Origin: a bacterium
Lineage (GTDB): Bacteria; UBA8248; JACPRG01; G963555815
NCBI GenBank assembly: GCA_965261595.1
Contig: CBDHDG010000006.1
Coordinates: forward strand, 992,001-1,056,000
DNA length: 64,000 bases
Direction of reading: 5' to 3'
This document shows positions 19,515-30,135 of the stretch, one piece after another. The notes under the pieces are model-generated. The model saw nothing but the letters and a program-made list of their open reading frames with translations. It was not told the DNA's origin and ran no database searches. Within the stretch, counting starts at the first letter, position 1, and every line of letters begins with the position of its first letter. Position numbers and translations under genes: made by a program.

Positions 19515-20777
19515 ATGGCGAAGCTGGAATACAAGACGCTCTCGAACCGAACGGTCGAGAAGCTGAAGGTAGAAAAAGACACGGTGTTCTGGGATCACGA
19601 GCTCACCGGCTTCGGGATGCGGGTCTATCCCGCGGGCGGCAAGGTCTATGTCGCCCAGGCCCGGGGACCGGGGGGACCGAAGCGGGTCACGGTGGGCCGG
19701 CACGGGGTGCTCGGCGCGGAGCAGGCACGTCAGCGGGCGGCCCTGATCATCGCCCGAGTCAAGGCCGGCGAGGAGCCGGTGCCCGAGCCCATGGCGGTGA
19801 AGCTGTCCGGTGGGCCGACAGTGGGCCAGCTTGCGAGGCGGTTTCTCGAAGAGCACGTGGCGGTGCGCTACAAGCCGAGCACCATGAAGTCGACTCGCAC
19901 GGTGGTGAATCGTCATATCGTGCCCGCCCTCGGTCAGCTACCGCTGGAGGCGGTCAGCCGCGCACGGGTCATGGAGCTGCATGACGAACTCTACGAGACC
20001 CCTGCGATGGCGAACATGGTGGTCCGCACCCTGTCGCTGATGTACAGGCTGGCCGAGAGCTGGGGGCTCGTTCCGGAGGGATGCAACCCCTGCCGGCTGG
20101 CGGTCAGGTTTCCGGAGCGCAAGCGGGAAAGGTTTCTGACCGATGGAGAGTTCACCCGCCTGGGAAAGGTGCTGGATGAGGTCGAGACCCGGGGCGGCGC
20201 GTCGGCATCCGCGGTGATCGCTCTCCGTCTGCTCATGCTGACCGGGTGTCGGAAGAACGAGATCCTGACCCTGCGGTGGGAGGACGTGGCGCTGGATCAG
20301 AACGAATTGAGACTGCCCGACGCCAAGACGGGCGCACGGGTGGTTCCATTGTCGCCCTCGGCGGTGAGGCTTTTTTCCGGTCTGCCGCGAGAACCGGGCA
20401 ACCCGTGTGTCATTCCCGGCCGGAAGCCGGGCACGCATATGAGCAACGTGGATCAGGCCTGGCAGGTCATCCGGGCGAGGGCTGGCCTGGAGGACGTCCG
20501 GATCCATGACCTGCGTCACAGCTTTGCGTCCAGGGCCCTGGCGCTGGGGGAGAGCTTGCCGATGATCGGAAAGCTGTTAGGCCACAGCCAGGTCGAGACC
20601 ACGGCCCGGTACGCCCATCTGGCGCGGGATTCGGTGCAGGAGGCCGCGGAGCGAATCGCCGACAGCATCGCGGCCGACATCCTGGGCGAAGGCTGGATGC
20701 CGGCTGGAGTTACCCCGGTTTGGTGGAGAGTTAAGCACTTGGGTTTTCAGGGTGTGCGTTGTTGTCTCCTTTCGTAG
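19515..20777 (+). CDS. Tyrosine integrase B1 (DUF4102 plus integrase); extreme C-terminus replaced by IS3 sequence
   Basis: TGCRKNE, AKTG, HDLRH, LGH, TTARY; full catalytic set. Confidence 0.9.
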   Translation: MAKLEYKTLSNRTVEKLKVEKDTVFWDHELTGFGMRVYPAGGKVYVAQARGPGGPKRVTVGRHGVLGAEQARQRAALIIARVKAGEEPVPEPMAVKLSGGPTVGQLARRFLEEHVAVRYKPSTMKSTRTVVNRHIVPALGQLPLEAVSRARVMELHDELYETPAMANMVVRTLSLMYRLAESWGLVPEGCNPCRLAVRFPERKRERFLTDGEFTRLGKVLDEVETRGGASASAVIALRLLMLTGCRKNEILTLRWEDVALDQNELRLPDAKTGARVVPLSPSAVRLFSGLPREPGNPCVIPGRKPGTHMSNVDQAWQVIRARAGLEDVRIHDLRHSFASRALALGESLPMIGKLLGHSQVETTARYAHLARDSVQEAAERIADSIAADILGEGWMPAGVTPVWWRVKHLGFQGVRCCLLS

Positions 20778-21974
20778 TTAACGGGTGACAGGTTGTCGAT
20801 GGAGGAGTGCCGACGACGCGGGTTGTAGAAGCCCTCGATGAACCCGAACACCTCCATGCGCGCCTCGGCCCGGGTGCGGAAAGTGTGGCGAGCGAGGAGC
20901 TCGCACTCCAGCGTGGCGAAAAAGCTCTCACACAGCGCGTTGTCGTAGCAGTCCCCGACCGAACCCATGGAGGGACGCACGCCCGCCTTTGGGCAGCGCT
21001 GCCCAAAGGCGACCGAGGTGTACTGCGTGCCCTGGTCGGAGTGGTGGATGACGGCCCGGGGACGGCGCTTATACAGCGCCATGTCGAGCGCGTCGAGCAC
21101 GTCGAGCACCAACTCGGCCCGCAGGTGTGTGGCCATCGACCACCCCACGATGCGCCGGCTGAACGCATCGAGCGCCACGGCCAGATACAAAAACCCCGCC
21201 CATGTCGGAACGTAGGTGATGTCGGCCACCCACAGCCGGTCGGGGGCCTCGGCCGTGAAGTTGCGGTCCACCAGATCAGGGGCCGGCCGCGCCTCCTGCC
21301 GGCGCTGCGTCGTGCGCGCTCCCTTGCGCCGACTGACGCCCGCAAGTCCCGCCCCACGCATCAGCGCCTGGCGACGCGCTTGCGGCCCACACGCACTCCC
21401 TCAGCCTCCAGCTCGGCATGGACGCGCGGCACGCCGCAAGTCCCCCGAGAACGCTCGTGGATCGCCTGAATGCGTTTGGTGAGCGCCCGATCGGCACACG
21501 AGCGGGCACACGGCGCGCGCCTGCACCACGCGTAGTAGCCGCTGGAGGAGACCCCAGCACCCGGCACATGGTGGCGGTCCGATACATGGCCTGGTTCGCC
21601 CTCACGAACCCGTAGATCCGGACGGGATCGAATCGGTCTCCCGAGCAAACCAGGCCGTGGCTTTTGCCAGGATCTCCCGCTCCTGGCGGAGCTGTCGGTT
21701 CTCGCGGCGAAGTCGGCGCAACTCCTCCCGCTCATCGCTCGTGAGCCCGTCTTTGCGACGCCCCTCGTCGACGTCGGCTTGATGGGCCCAGGTGCGGATC
21801 GTCTGCACCGAGGGCTCGAACTCGCGCGCCAGCGCCTCGGGCGTGCGTCCCGCCCAGACCAACTCTACCATCTGGCGGCGGAACTCCATTGGATAGCGTG
21901 GGTGAGTCTGTGGCATCGTGAACACCTCCTTTACCCCCAAATCATCAGGTGTCCACCAAACCGGGTCAACTCCA
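20705..21974 (-). mobile_element. IS3-family element; orfA 21602-21916, orfB frameshifted
   Basis: TG..CA inverted repeats (TGGAGTTACCCCGGTTTGGTGGA / TCCACCAAACCGGGTCAACTCCA); WVADITY, HHSDQG, DNALCESFF; no TSD. Confidence 0.9.
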
Positions 21975-22252
21975 GTCGAGAGAGTGAGGAAGCTCTAGAC
22001 CGACTTGGAACGACGGTTGACGGCGGCCTTGGAGAGGTTGTCCGCGCAGTACGAGACGGAACAGCGGCGGCACTCAGAGCAGGTCGAGGCCTTGCGGCTG
22101 CAAGTCGAGCGACAGGCCGAGCAGAGCGAAGCCTTGCAGAGGCAGGTCGAGCGGCTGGCCGAGTACTACGGAACGCTCGCCGCGAGGTCGCGCGGCCGCT
22201 GGATCTGACGCGCCAGCGTGGACGAGAGCGCGATCATGGTCCGAGCCGCTAG
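21975..22252 (+). pseudogene. 3' remnant of a mobilisation locus (relaxase tail overlapping an MbeD-like coiled-coil ORF at 22005-22208)
   Basis: LERRLTAALERLSAQYE coiled coil resembles MbeD; the overlapping frame ends RERDHGPSR like relaxase tails. Confidence 0.5.
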
Positions 22253-22310
22253 AGGAGTCCCGGCAGCGGAATCGGCCGGACGCTACGAGCATCGACGGAG
22301 GTCTCGGGCG

Positions 22311-24089
22311 CTATTGGATTGACTCGGTCTTGCCGAAATGCTCGGCGACGTTGCCGCTTATCTCGACATTGAGCCTCTCGTCCAGAGAGTAGTTATCGAA
22401 TAGCCAATTCAGTGCTTCGTAATGACGTGTCATGAATTCGAGCAGGTCAGGACCAAAGCAGACGACCCCCGGCCTCAGCTGAGCGACAGAACACAAGCAG
22501 CACGCGATCACCCCCAGGGTCACTCCCTCCGTGGAAAGGAAGTAGAACCAATAGGGAAATGCGTCGTCCAGCTTGGAGCAGAAGCGCCGTACCTCCGGGA
22601 TGTCGCGTAGTTCTCGCGAGTCGCTGGAGTAACCGAAAAAGGCTAAGTCTACCCGCCCCCGATACCGTTCGACGGCGTCCCTGTCAGCGAGCACACGCGA
22701 CAGGGTTGCCGCCGTACCGGACACGTCGAGGGCTTCCACTTCCGAGCGGTCTACGACCACACGAAGCCAGTCGGCACCCAAGTCTTCCCGGAACCCCATT
22801 CCAGCAGCCTCGTCGGTTACCCAATCGCCCGATATGGGAGCGGTAATGATGGGGCTCCCCTCCGTGACAGCTTGAACCCGTTCGTGCGTAGTCGAGTCTG
22901 GCGCGTTCCCTGTTCCAGTTGGATCGTACACCACCGTCTTCCCCGTACGAAGGCCAAATCGGCTACGTGGGAACACGCCATGCGCGCAGGCGGCCGAGAA
23001 GATCTCCTTCAGCGTCCCTACGAAGCTCTCCTCGGTGGTCCGGAAGAAGGTTAGCTGTTGAAACTCTGTATGATCCAGAAGTAGGCAAGGAATGCCCGTG
23101 TCGTTGAATACGGTAAAGACAGGTGAGCTGCAGGTTGGTCGCTCCGGGTCGAACATCTCCTTGACGATGACGAGTCCGAAGACGTCGCGGCCGGACGTGG
23201 ACACTTCGCGGCTCTTCTTCTCGGTAGAGATCTCAATGGGATCCCCAGATCGGAGGTGATTGATTGATCCCTTCAACTGGCGGGTTGCCCTCCTTACATG
23301 GTGGGCAACGGTGGCCTTCTTGCGATCGATCTTCCGGTTCAGTGCTGACTCGTCGCTTGGGCTATCCTTGGCCTGAACCAGGAGGAGGGTCTTGTCCGTT
23401 ACCACCAGAACGTCTACGAATTCTCGTCCGTTGTCGGCGCGAATCGGGTTCGCGAAGACATTGTCACTCCCGAACGACCGATGCAGGGCGTTGGCTATGT
23501 CAGGATCGTTGAGATCGCCTGGGTTTTCGACGTTTTCTTCCAGGCTGTCGGGAAACAGCCGCTCCCGCAGGTGGATAGTGAACGCAGCGGCGTCGTCCGA
23601 CGGCGAGCGAGCGCCGAACCGGGATTGCATCACGTCGAGGACCTGGCGCGCTCGGTCAAGGGTTGGCGACGCGAAATGAATCGTATTCGAGAGTACGCGG
23701 AAGCGATGAGCATCCGGGTTCTCAGCTCGGAAGCCGAGCAGTTCCCGATTGTGCTCGTCGAAGAAATGGACATAGAAGGCGTCCGACGAGAGCAGCAAAA
23801 CGAAATCTCGGGTGATCTCCTCGTGGAAGAGTGGTGTCTGGATGACGAGCGGTTCATCGTTGTCGTCGAAGAAGGCTGTCACCAGACCATACGTAACCAC
23901 GCTGCCGGCATGGACAGGAACCAAATAGAAGCGGAATCCTTTGCGCAGTTTGGCCGTTTGAGCCGCCTCTCTCGAGGTCTTCACAACGAGGATCATTCGC
24001 GAGTCCCCAGGGCGGCGAATGGGCCATAGGCCGACTGGAATGTCCACGAGCGTGTCCAGAACCTCCGGGTTTGTTACGGTAAGCTTCAT
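22311..24089 (-). CDS. Hypothetical protein with a central PD-(D/E)XK/NERD-like nuclease motif and a C-terminal CRR6/DUF1817-like domain
   Basis: EFVDVLVV..LLVQAKD; RELRDIPEVRRF..LDDAFPYWFYFL. Confidence 0.6.
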   Translation of the reverse strand: MKLTVTNPEVLDTLVDIPVGLWPIRRPGDSRMILVVKTSREAAQTAKLRKGFRFYLVPVHAGSVVTYGLVTAFFDDNDEPLVIQTPLFHEEITRDFVLLLSSDAFYVHFFDEHNRELLGFRAENPDAHRFRVLSNTIHFASPTLDRARQVLDVMQSRFGARSPSDDAAAFTIHLRERLFPDSLEENVENPGDLNDPDIANALHRSFGSDNVFANPIRADNGREFVDVLVVTDKTLLLVQAKDSPSDESALNRKIDRKKATVAHHVRRATRQLKGSINHLRSGDPIEISTEKKSREVSTSGRDVFGLVIVKEMFDPERPTCSSPVFTVFNDTGIPCLLLDHTEFQQLTFFRTTEESFVGTLKEIFSAACAHGVFPRSRFGLRTGKTVVYDPTGTGNAPDSTTHERVQAVTEGSPIITAPISGDWVTDEAAGMGFREDLGADWLRVVVDRSEVEALDVSGTAATLSRVLADRDAVERYRGRVDLAFFGYSSDSRELRDIPEVRRFCSKLDDAFPYWFYFLSTEGVTLGVIACCLCSVAQLRPGVVCFGPDLLEFMTRHYEALNWLFDNYSLDERLNVEISGNVAEHFGKTESIQ

Positions 24090-24290
24090 TGGGGACGCCT
24101 CAAAGGGTGGCCTAGCGTGTCGGAGAAGGAACGTTGGAGTGAAGCCTCGTAGCAAGCTTCGCGGAGCCTCTACCTACGATCAAGGCAAGGCCTCCAGGGT
24201 CGCGCTAAAGGTGAGCCCCGGCGCGGGGCAGGCGGCTCTATCCCAGCGGGCCAACATGAGATGCCTTGGCGGTGTTACTGCGGTGTCTCC

Positions 24291-24795
24291 CTACTCGATC
24301 TCTCCAACCCTGCACCGGTCCAGATAACACGCCCAGTCGTCCATGAGCCGACGCCGCCACTCGAACAGGTCCGTACGTCGGTACGCCGCCTCGACTTGGT
24401 TGTGAACCACATGCGCTAGCGCCGCCTCCGCTACCTCGCGGGGATGGTCGGTCTCCTCGGCGGCCCAGTCCCGGAACGATGACCGGAAGCCGTGCGGCAC
24501 CGCCTTGATCCCGAGCCTCTTGAGCAGTCTGGACATCGCGGTGTTGGAGAGCGGTTTTCCGCGCATCGGGAACACGAGCGGACTGCTTCGACCCAACGCC
24601 AGCGCCTCCTCCAGAACCTCCAACGCGCGACGAGTAAGGGGGGCCCGGTGCTCGCGGTTCGGCTTCGTGCGCGGGGCCGGAATGGTCCACACCCCATGGT
24701 CCAGGTCGATCTCCGTCCACGCGGCCCCGCGGCCCTCGCCGCCGCGCGTCGCTGTCAACACTAAGAACTCGAAGGCCAGCACAGCTATCGCCGCG
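24291..24795 (-). pseudogene. C-terminal fragment of a P4-like integrase
   Basis: LTATRGGE, HGFRSSFRDWAAE, ALAH, AAYRRTDLFE.RR.LM..WA; no N-terminus. Confidence 0.85.
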
Positions 24796-24797
24796 CC

Positions 24798-25406
24798 ATG
24801 AGCGAAGAGGAGGGGTGGGCACACTACGGCTCCACCACGGCGAGGGGAACGATCCACCTGGCTGCGGCTGGGCCTTCCGGTCCATGGTTCCTCGCGCTGG
24901 ACCACGCCGGCGTCGTCGAGGATCTGACGCAGCCGCGCGCCGAGATGCCGGGCCCCGGTCTTGCGCGCTACGCCTTCGCCACGCTCACCGATCTCTACGC
25001 CGTGCTGCCCAAGGTTTATACTCTCGGGCGCACGCTTCCCGAAGGCCCGCTCGAAGATTTCCGCGACAAGACCTGCGGCCTGCCGAAGACGACGGAGGCC
25101 GAGCGCCTTGTCGTCCAACGCATCGGCCAGGACATCTTTCGTGACCGCCTGCTGACCTACTGGCAGGGCCACTGCCCTTTGACCGGAATCACGGACAGGA
25201 CCCTGCTGCGCGCCTCGCACATCATTGCGTGGGAGGACTGCCCCGACGACGCTGAACGGCTGAACATTCACAACGGCCTGCTTCTGTCAGCGCTTTGGGA
25301 CGCGGCCTTTGACAAGGGTTTGGTGACCTTCGACGACGATGGACGGCCAGAGTTCTCGCCTCTCCTGAGCGAACCGGCACGTTCCGCGCTGCGCTGGTCA
25401 AGTTAA
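24798..25406 (+). CDS. HNH endonuclease (HNH_2-like), possibly truncated
   Basis: RIGQDIFR..L..WQGHCPLTG..LLRASHIIAW..NGLLLS..D.AFDKG. Confidence 0.82.
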   Translation: MSEEEGWAHYGSTTARGTIHLAAAGPSGPWFLALDHAGVVEDLTQPRAEMPGPGLARYAFATLTDLYAVLPKVYTLGRTLPEGPLEDFRDKTCGLPKTTEAERLVVQRIGQDIFRDRLLTYWQGHCPLTGITDRTLLRASHIIAWEDCPDDAERLNIHNGLLLSALWDAAFDKGLVTFDDDGRPEFSPLLSEPARSALRWSS

Positions 25407-25785
25407 GAATATAATTCCCGGCGTTTTCCTCGGCCCGGAACATGAAGGCATGGCCGGAACATCTCCAGGAAAACCCTCACATGCAATGGCCCGGATTAGG
25501 GGGAAGCTTACGCATTCGTTCCAGAACTTCGAGCACTGGCTTTTACTCCTCGATCGATGCCTACCGTGAGCGGCATGGAATGCCGCCTTTCCGGCCTTCC
25601 TGACGCCGTCCAAAACGCTGGGTCGGACCCCAGGCTCACTGTGCCACTCCTCCGAACCGATGTCCACAGACTCGACTCCTGCGCCACCAAGAGGCCGAGC
25701 TTGGCCGTGAGCGGGGCGGCGGACGGGTGTCCCAGGGGAGGATATCGCCGCCTCTCTCAACCACCGCCCATAAGGAGACGGCGCC

Positions 25786-26103
25786 ATGCCAACGGTCCAG
25801 ACCCATCCCGGCAACGCAAGCACCTTTCTCACCCACCTGTTCGGCCAAGGTCTCGATGACGACCGCTACGTGGTCGAGCGCTTCCGGTCCATGGCCGACG
25901 GCGACATCCGGCCCCTGCGCGCCGGGGGTACAAGGACCAAGAACCAGTCCAAGGCGCCGGGGACGGTCGTGTCCCGGCAGGCGGTCCGGAAGATGCGGCC
26001 CGCGCGGGATGAGATCATCGTTGCAACCGGAATCAATCTCCGGAACTCCGGGGTCCAGTACTGGGGCTGTAATGTTATCTGGCGGAATATGCTGCAGCGA
26101 TGA
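25786..26103 (+). CDS. Hypothetical protein, probably interrupted near 26021
   Basis: Strong RBS TAAGGAG; the frame can be rejoined to 26474 through a repeated ATCGT. Confidence 0.45.
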   Translation: MPTVQTHPGNASTFLTHLFGQGLDDDRYVVERFRSMADGDIRPLRAGGTRTKNQSKAPGTVVSRQAVRKMRPARDEIIVATGINLRNSGVQYWGCNVIWRNMLQR

Positions 26104-26632
26104 CGGATCCTTCTGACTGCTATGGAAGGAGTCCGGATCGCCGCAACATAACCTTTTGCAATCATAGGGATTTCAGGAAGGCCATCAGCCCCTTGTTTTC
26201 CTTCCATGGCCGGATCGGGCCCCGTCCCGACCGCAATCGGATCCCGGCAATCTTTGCAACGCAAGCGGTCTGGTACTGCATTCCGTGCGATGGTGAAGAT
26301 ATCGCCACCCCCGAGCGAGCGGTGCCGCCTGGTATGCCTTGATGGTGTCCGGTTGTGTGAACAGTTCTTTGGACATAGTCGCGTCTCCCTGTTGGTGGAG
26401 GCACGATTACGTGCATAGGTGCCGAAAAATTATGTTGCATGAATTCTACTCAACCTCCTGCTGGACAGAAGGAATCGTCATCGATGCAACATATGGGCTG
26501 GATGGCAACGGGATTGTTCTGCGACCGCAAGCAGAAGCACTGATTGACGTTCTCTATCAGGACGTCCTGCCGGCCCGGCGCCGGCCGGGCGTCCGTCGTC
26601 CCGATTCCAGCCCCGATGGGAGGCGTCCACAG

Positions 26633-27442
26633 GTGTCCTACAAGAACCCCGACAAGGCCCGCGAGCATGACCGGGAACGCTACCGCCGGCTCACCAAAGA
26701 GCGCCTCGCCCAAGGCCTGTGCCCCAAATGCGGAAGAGAGCCCCTTCCTCCCGACTGTAGTTTGTGCCGCTCCTGCGGCGAGAAGCGGCGCAAGGCCGAG
26801 CGCGCCCGGTACGCCAAGGGCAAGGCCGCCGGCAGGCTCTACGGAGGCCGGGATCCCAAGGACTGCCGCAGGCTCGGGCGGGAGAGAAGCAGGAAGCGCC
26901 TCCGGGCATGCCGGGCCGCCGGCCTGTGCACGCGATGCGGGAACCGTCCTCCCGTCCCGGGCGGGGCGACCTGCCGGGCTTGCCGTGACGCCCGGCAAGC
27001 GGCCGAACAAGAGCAGTATGCCGCCCGCAGGGCCGAGGGACGGTGCGGCAGGTGCGGAAGACATATCCTTGACCACGCCTCGCGCTGCGGTCCCTGCGCG
27101 GCTCTCGAGGCCGGGCGCCATCCACGGAAGAACGCGGCCAGCCGAAGGCGCTACGCCCATAGGCGTGCGAGGTGGCGTTGCACGGACTGTGGCGAACCCT
27201 CTCAGGGAGCGGCGCGGTGCGTGCCGTGCGCGCACCGGTCCTGGGTGCGGTCGGGCTGGCATCGGGGCCTTCCGATCCTTCCGCCTCGCTACACCGTGAT
27301 CGAGGTCGCCACGGGCGAGGACCACGGGATCTGGGACAGCTGGGAGGAGGTGGCCATGTGTCTGGCCTTCGCGCGGCTGTCCCACCAACAGGTGGAGATT
27401 ATTTCGGATACGTCACCGATGGCGTCTTTTACGGGGCAGTGA
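26633..27442 (+). CDS. Arg-rich protein with four CxxCG-x(8-11)-CxxC zinc-ribbon repeats (start uncertain)
   Basis: CPKC/CRSC, CTRC/CRAC, CGRC/CGPC, CTDC/CVPC; GGGAGG before GTG 26633. Confidence 0.7.
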   Translation: MSYKNPDKAREHDRERYRRLTKERLAQGLCPKCGREPLPPDCSLCRSCGEKRRKAERARYAKGKAAGRLYGGRDPKDCRRLGRERSRKRLRACRAAGLCTRCGNRPPVPGGATCRACRDARQAAEQEQYAARRAEGRCGRCGRHILDHASRCGPCAALEAGRHPRKNAASRRRYAHRRARWRCTDCGEPSQGAARCVPCAHRSWVRSGWHRGLPILPPRYTVIEVATGEDHGIWDSWEEVAMCLAFARLSHQQVEIISDTSPMASFTGQ

Positions 27443-27780
27443 CCTCTATGCGCCGGCTCGCCGGGGGTACGTACTGCCGACCTGCCGCCCGCCAGCGGGG
27501 GGACCATCACCCGCGCCCCCCGGCGCACCGTCGACCCCTCAAGGGAGGCCCGCACATGACCGCGCACACCCTGCCGAAGAACCCCTACTACGCCTTCTCC
27601 CCGGCCTACGACCTCGACAACGATCTATAGCAGATCAGAATCGTTATCCACGACATGAGCGGCTACATTCCCACCACCCTGGCCGCACGGTCCATGCGCG
27701 CCGAGAACGGCGCACCGGATAGCAAGACCGTGCAGTGAGCCGACTGCATTGCTGCGCAGCCGGCCTGACGTCATCCGGCC

Positions 27781-28047
27781 TCAACCCCGCCGCGCGAGCC
27801 ACCACCACGCGATCCACACCGGAAGGCTCAAGACCATCGCGTAGTCGGCGATGACGATTGAGCCAAGCAGTCCCGCCATCAGCGACGCCGTCGACATCAG
27901 CAGCATCGACAGCCACATTCGGGGCTCCACCTCCGGCTCCGCCTCCGGCGCGAAGTGCACCGCCGCCGTCGTGACCACTCCGGCGGGCAGCCACAGGAGC
28001 GCCAGCAGCCAGAAGCCGCGCCGCTTGATGAGGCCCTGGTCGTCCAT
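27781..28047 (-). CDS. Small hypothetical membrane protein
   Basis: Hydrophobic helices (GFWLLALLWLPAG; WIAWWWL). Confidence 0.45.
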   Translation of the reverse strand: MDDQGLIKRRGFWLLALLWLPAGVVTTAAVHFAPEAEPEVEPRMWLSMLLMSTASLMAGLLGSIVIADYAMVLSLPVWIAWWWLARRG

Positions 28048-28309
28048 GCGCCTTATCCGACTCGAAACTCGCACCGCACGCAAGCCCGAGCGGGTCCGTG
28101 TTCGACGACAGCCGGGCGAGGGCGAAGACCGCGCAAGGTCGGCGAGCGGCTGCCGGCGTCCGTCGCGCCCTCTGAGCTCGCCCCGGGTCCCGTCACCGTC
28201 CTTCGAGTCAGAGGGAAGCAAGGGCCGGGCAAACGCCCGGCAGGGAAGAGGGAGACGGTCTCCCGGTCCCGATGCCGGGAACTGCAATCCCGGAACAGGA
28301 GACAAGCCC

Positions 28310-28450
28310 ATGATCGACCAGGACCTCGACCTCGAACTCCCCACAGGTGACGAACTGCTCGCCGAGATCGGCCTCGACTCTTACACCATCCGCAGGATCC
28401 TCACCGAAGCGGTCCATGCCGACACCGGCGAAGGAGAGGAGCTTTCATAG
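28310..28450 (+). CDS. Small acidic hypothetical protein (46 aa)
   Basis: AGGAG RBS; MIDQDLDLELPTGDELLAEIGLD... Confidence 0.5.
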   Translation: MIDQDLDLELPTGDELLAEIGLDSYTIRRILTEAVHADTGEGEELS

Positions 28451-28536
28451 GGTGAACCGAAGGGGCCGGGGAGAGAGGCTCTCCCCCCTTCCATCACCCG
28501 TTGTCTTCCACACCCTCACGCAGAAGGAGAACCGTC

Positions 28537-28962
28537 ATGGCATTCGGACTCAATCGCGCTGAAGTGATCGGCCGCCTCGGGGCCGACGTCACCGTCAACC
28601 ACCTCACCAGCGGCGGACGCGTCGCGAACCTGTCGATCGCCACCGACGAGGGCTACATCGACAAGCAGACCGGAGACCGGGTCGACAAGACCGAGTGGCA
28701 CCGGGTCGTGACCTTCCAGCCCGGGCTGGTGGACATGTTCGAGAAGCACGCGACGAAGGGCCGGCTGGTCTATGTGGCGGGCAAGCTGCAGACCCGTCGC
28801 TGGAAGAAGGACGAGGAGGACTCCGACCGGTTCTCCACCGAGATCCTGCTGGTTCCGGGCGGGCGCGTGCAGTTCCTCGACAAGCCCAACGGCAACGGCG
28901 CGCCGGTCGCGGAGGCGGAGACGCCGTCCGCCGAAGCGCCCATCGACGACATCCCGTTCTGA
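28537..28962 (+). CDS. ssb: Single-stranded DNA-binding protein
   Basis: LNRAEVIGRLG, TEWHRVV, G.LQTRRW, C-terminal DDIPF. Confidence 0.95.
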   Translation: MAFGLNRAEVIGRLGADVTVNHLTSGGRVANLSIATDEGYIDKQTGDRVDKTEWHRVVTFQPGLVDMFEKHATKGRLVYVAGKLQTRRWKKDEEDSDRFSTEILLVPGGRVQFLDKPNGNGAPVAEAETPSAEAPIDDIPF

Positions 28963-28990
28963 GCGCGCATTCCGTTTCCTCTCTCTACCT

Positions 28991-29023
28991 GGGCCGGCGC
29001 TTCGCGCGTCGGCCCTTTTTCTT
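28991..29023 (+). terminator. Rho-independent terminator after ssb
   Basis: GGGCCGGCGC-loop-GCGTCGGCCC followed by TTTTTCTT. Confidence 0.65.
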
Positions 29024-29156
29024 GCTGCCCGTTCCGAGACAGCGCCCGTTCGGGCCTCGCGCCAGCGCTACGCGCGGCGCTTCGTCCTCCGGCGCCGGCC
29101 GGAGGCGGAGGCCGGCCGGTATCGGGCGTTCCCCGTTCATCCAGAGGAGGCCCGTC

Positions 29157-30135
29157 ATGCCGCCCCCATCGTCCCGTTCCGTATCTCCCGCCGCCGACAT
29201 CGCCGCCGCGCTCGGCGCGTGCGCCGAGGCCGTCTGCCGGCGTTACCTGCCCCAGGGCAAAAAGCAGGGCCGGTACTGGGTCGCCGGCGATCTCGAAGGC
29301 GCTCGCGGCCGCTCGCTCTTCGTCCGCCTGCACGGTCCCGGCGTCCCCGGGAAGTGGACCGACGCGGCCACCGGAGAGCACGGGGACCTGCTCGATCTCG
29401 TCCGGCATCGCTCGGGCGCGCCGACGCTTCGCGCGGCGCTCGCCGAGGCCCGCGCCTTCCTCGCCCTGCCGGCTCCGCCGGCGCCGGGCGAGGGCTACGA
29501 CGCAACAGAAGCGGCCCGCCGTCTCTGGCGGCCTTGCCGCGCCATCGACGGCACCCATGCCGAAGCCTACCTCCACGCCCGCGGACTCGCGCGCTGCCGG
29601 TTCCCGGCATTGCGCTTCCATCCCGAGCTTCGCTATCGCGAAGGCTCTTCCCAGCGCCGTTTTCCGGCGCTGGTCGCCGCCGTGACCGGCGACGACGGCG
29701 CCATCCACGGCGTGCAGCGCACCTGGCTCGATCCGCGCTTGCCCGCCAAGGCGGACGTCGCGGCCCCGCGCAAGGCGCTCGGCCGCATCCACGGACGCGC
29801 CGTGTGCTTCGGCAAGCCCGCCGACGGTGCTGTCGATCGTCACCGCGGCGCCCGGGGTCATTTCGGCGGCCGCGCTCTCGGCCGGAAGCCTCGGCGCCTT
29901 CGCTCCACCTGGCGGGCTCAAACAGCTCGTCATCGCCCGCGACAACGATTCCGAGGGGGAGCGGGCCGCCCAACGCCTCGCCCGGCGCTGCGCGCGGGCG
30001 GGCGTCGCCGCCCACGTCATCGTCTCCGAATACGGCGACTTCAACGACGATCTGGTCACTCTCGGACCCCGAGCCCTGGCCCTTCGGCTCGCCGCCCTGT
30101 TCCCCGCGCCTCAGCGGGTCGGAGAGAGGGAGTGA
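29157..30135 (+). pseudogene. Plasmid/ICE-type toprim primase (DUF7146-like), frameshift/deletion near 29825
   Basis: GKWTDAATGEHGDLLDL, AEAYL.ARG, GVQRTWL; IARDND toprim motif in a second frame; the catalytic EG.E segment is missing. Confidence 0.8.

Noticed and set aside
24291..25271. 326-aa full-length integrase
   Set aside because: The first half is antisense to the HNH gene; only the C-terminal fragment is integrase-like.
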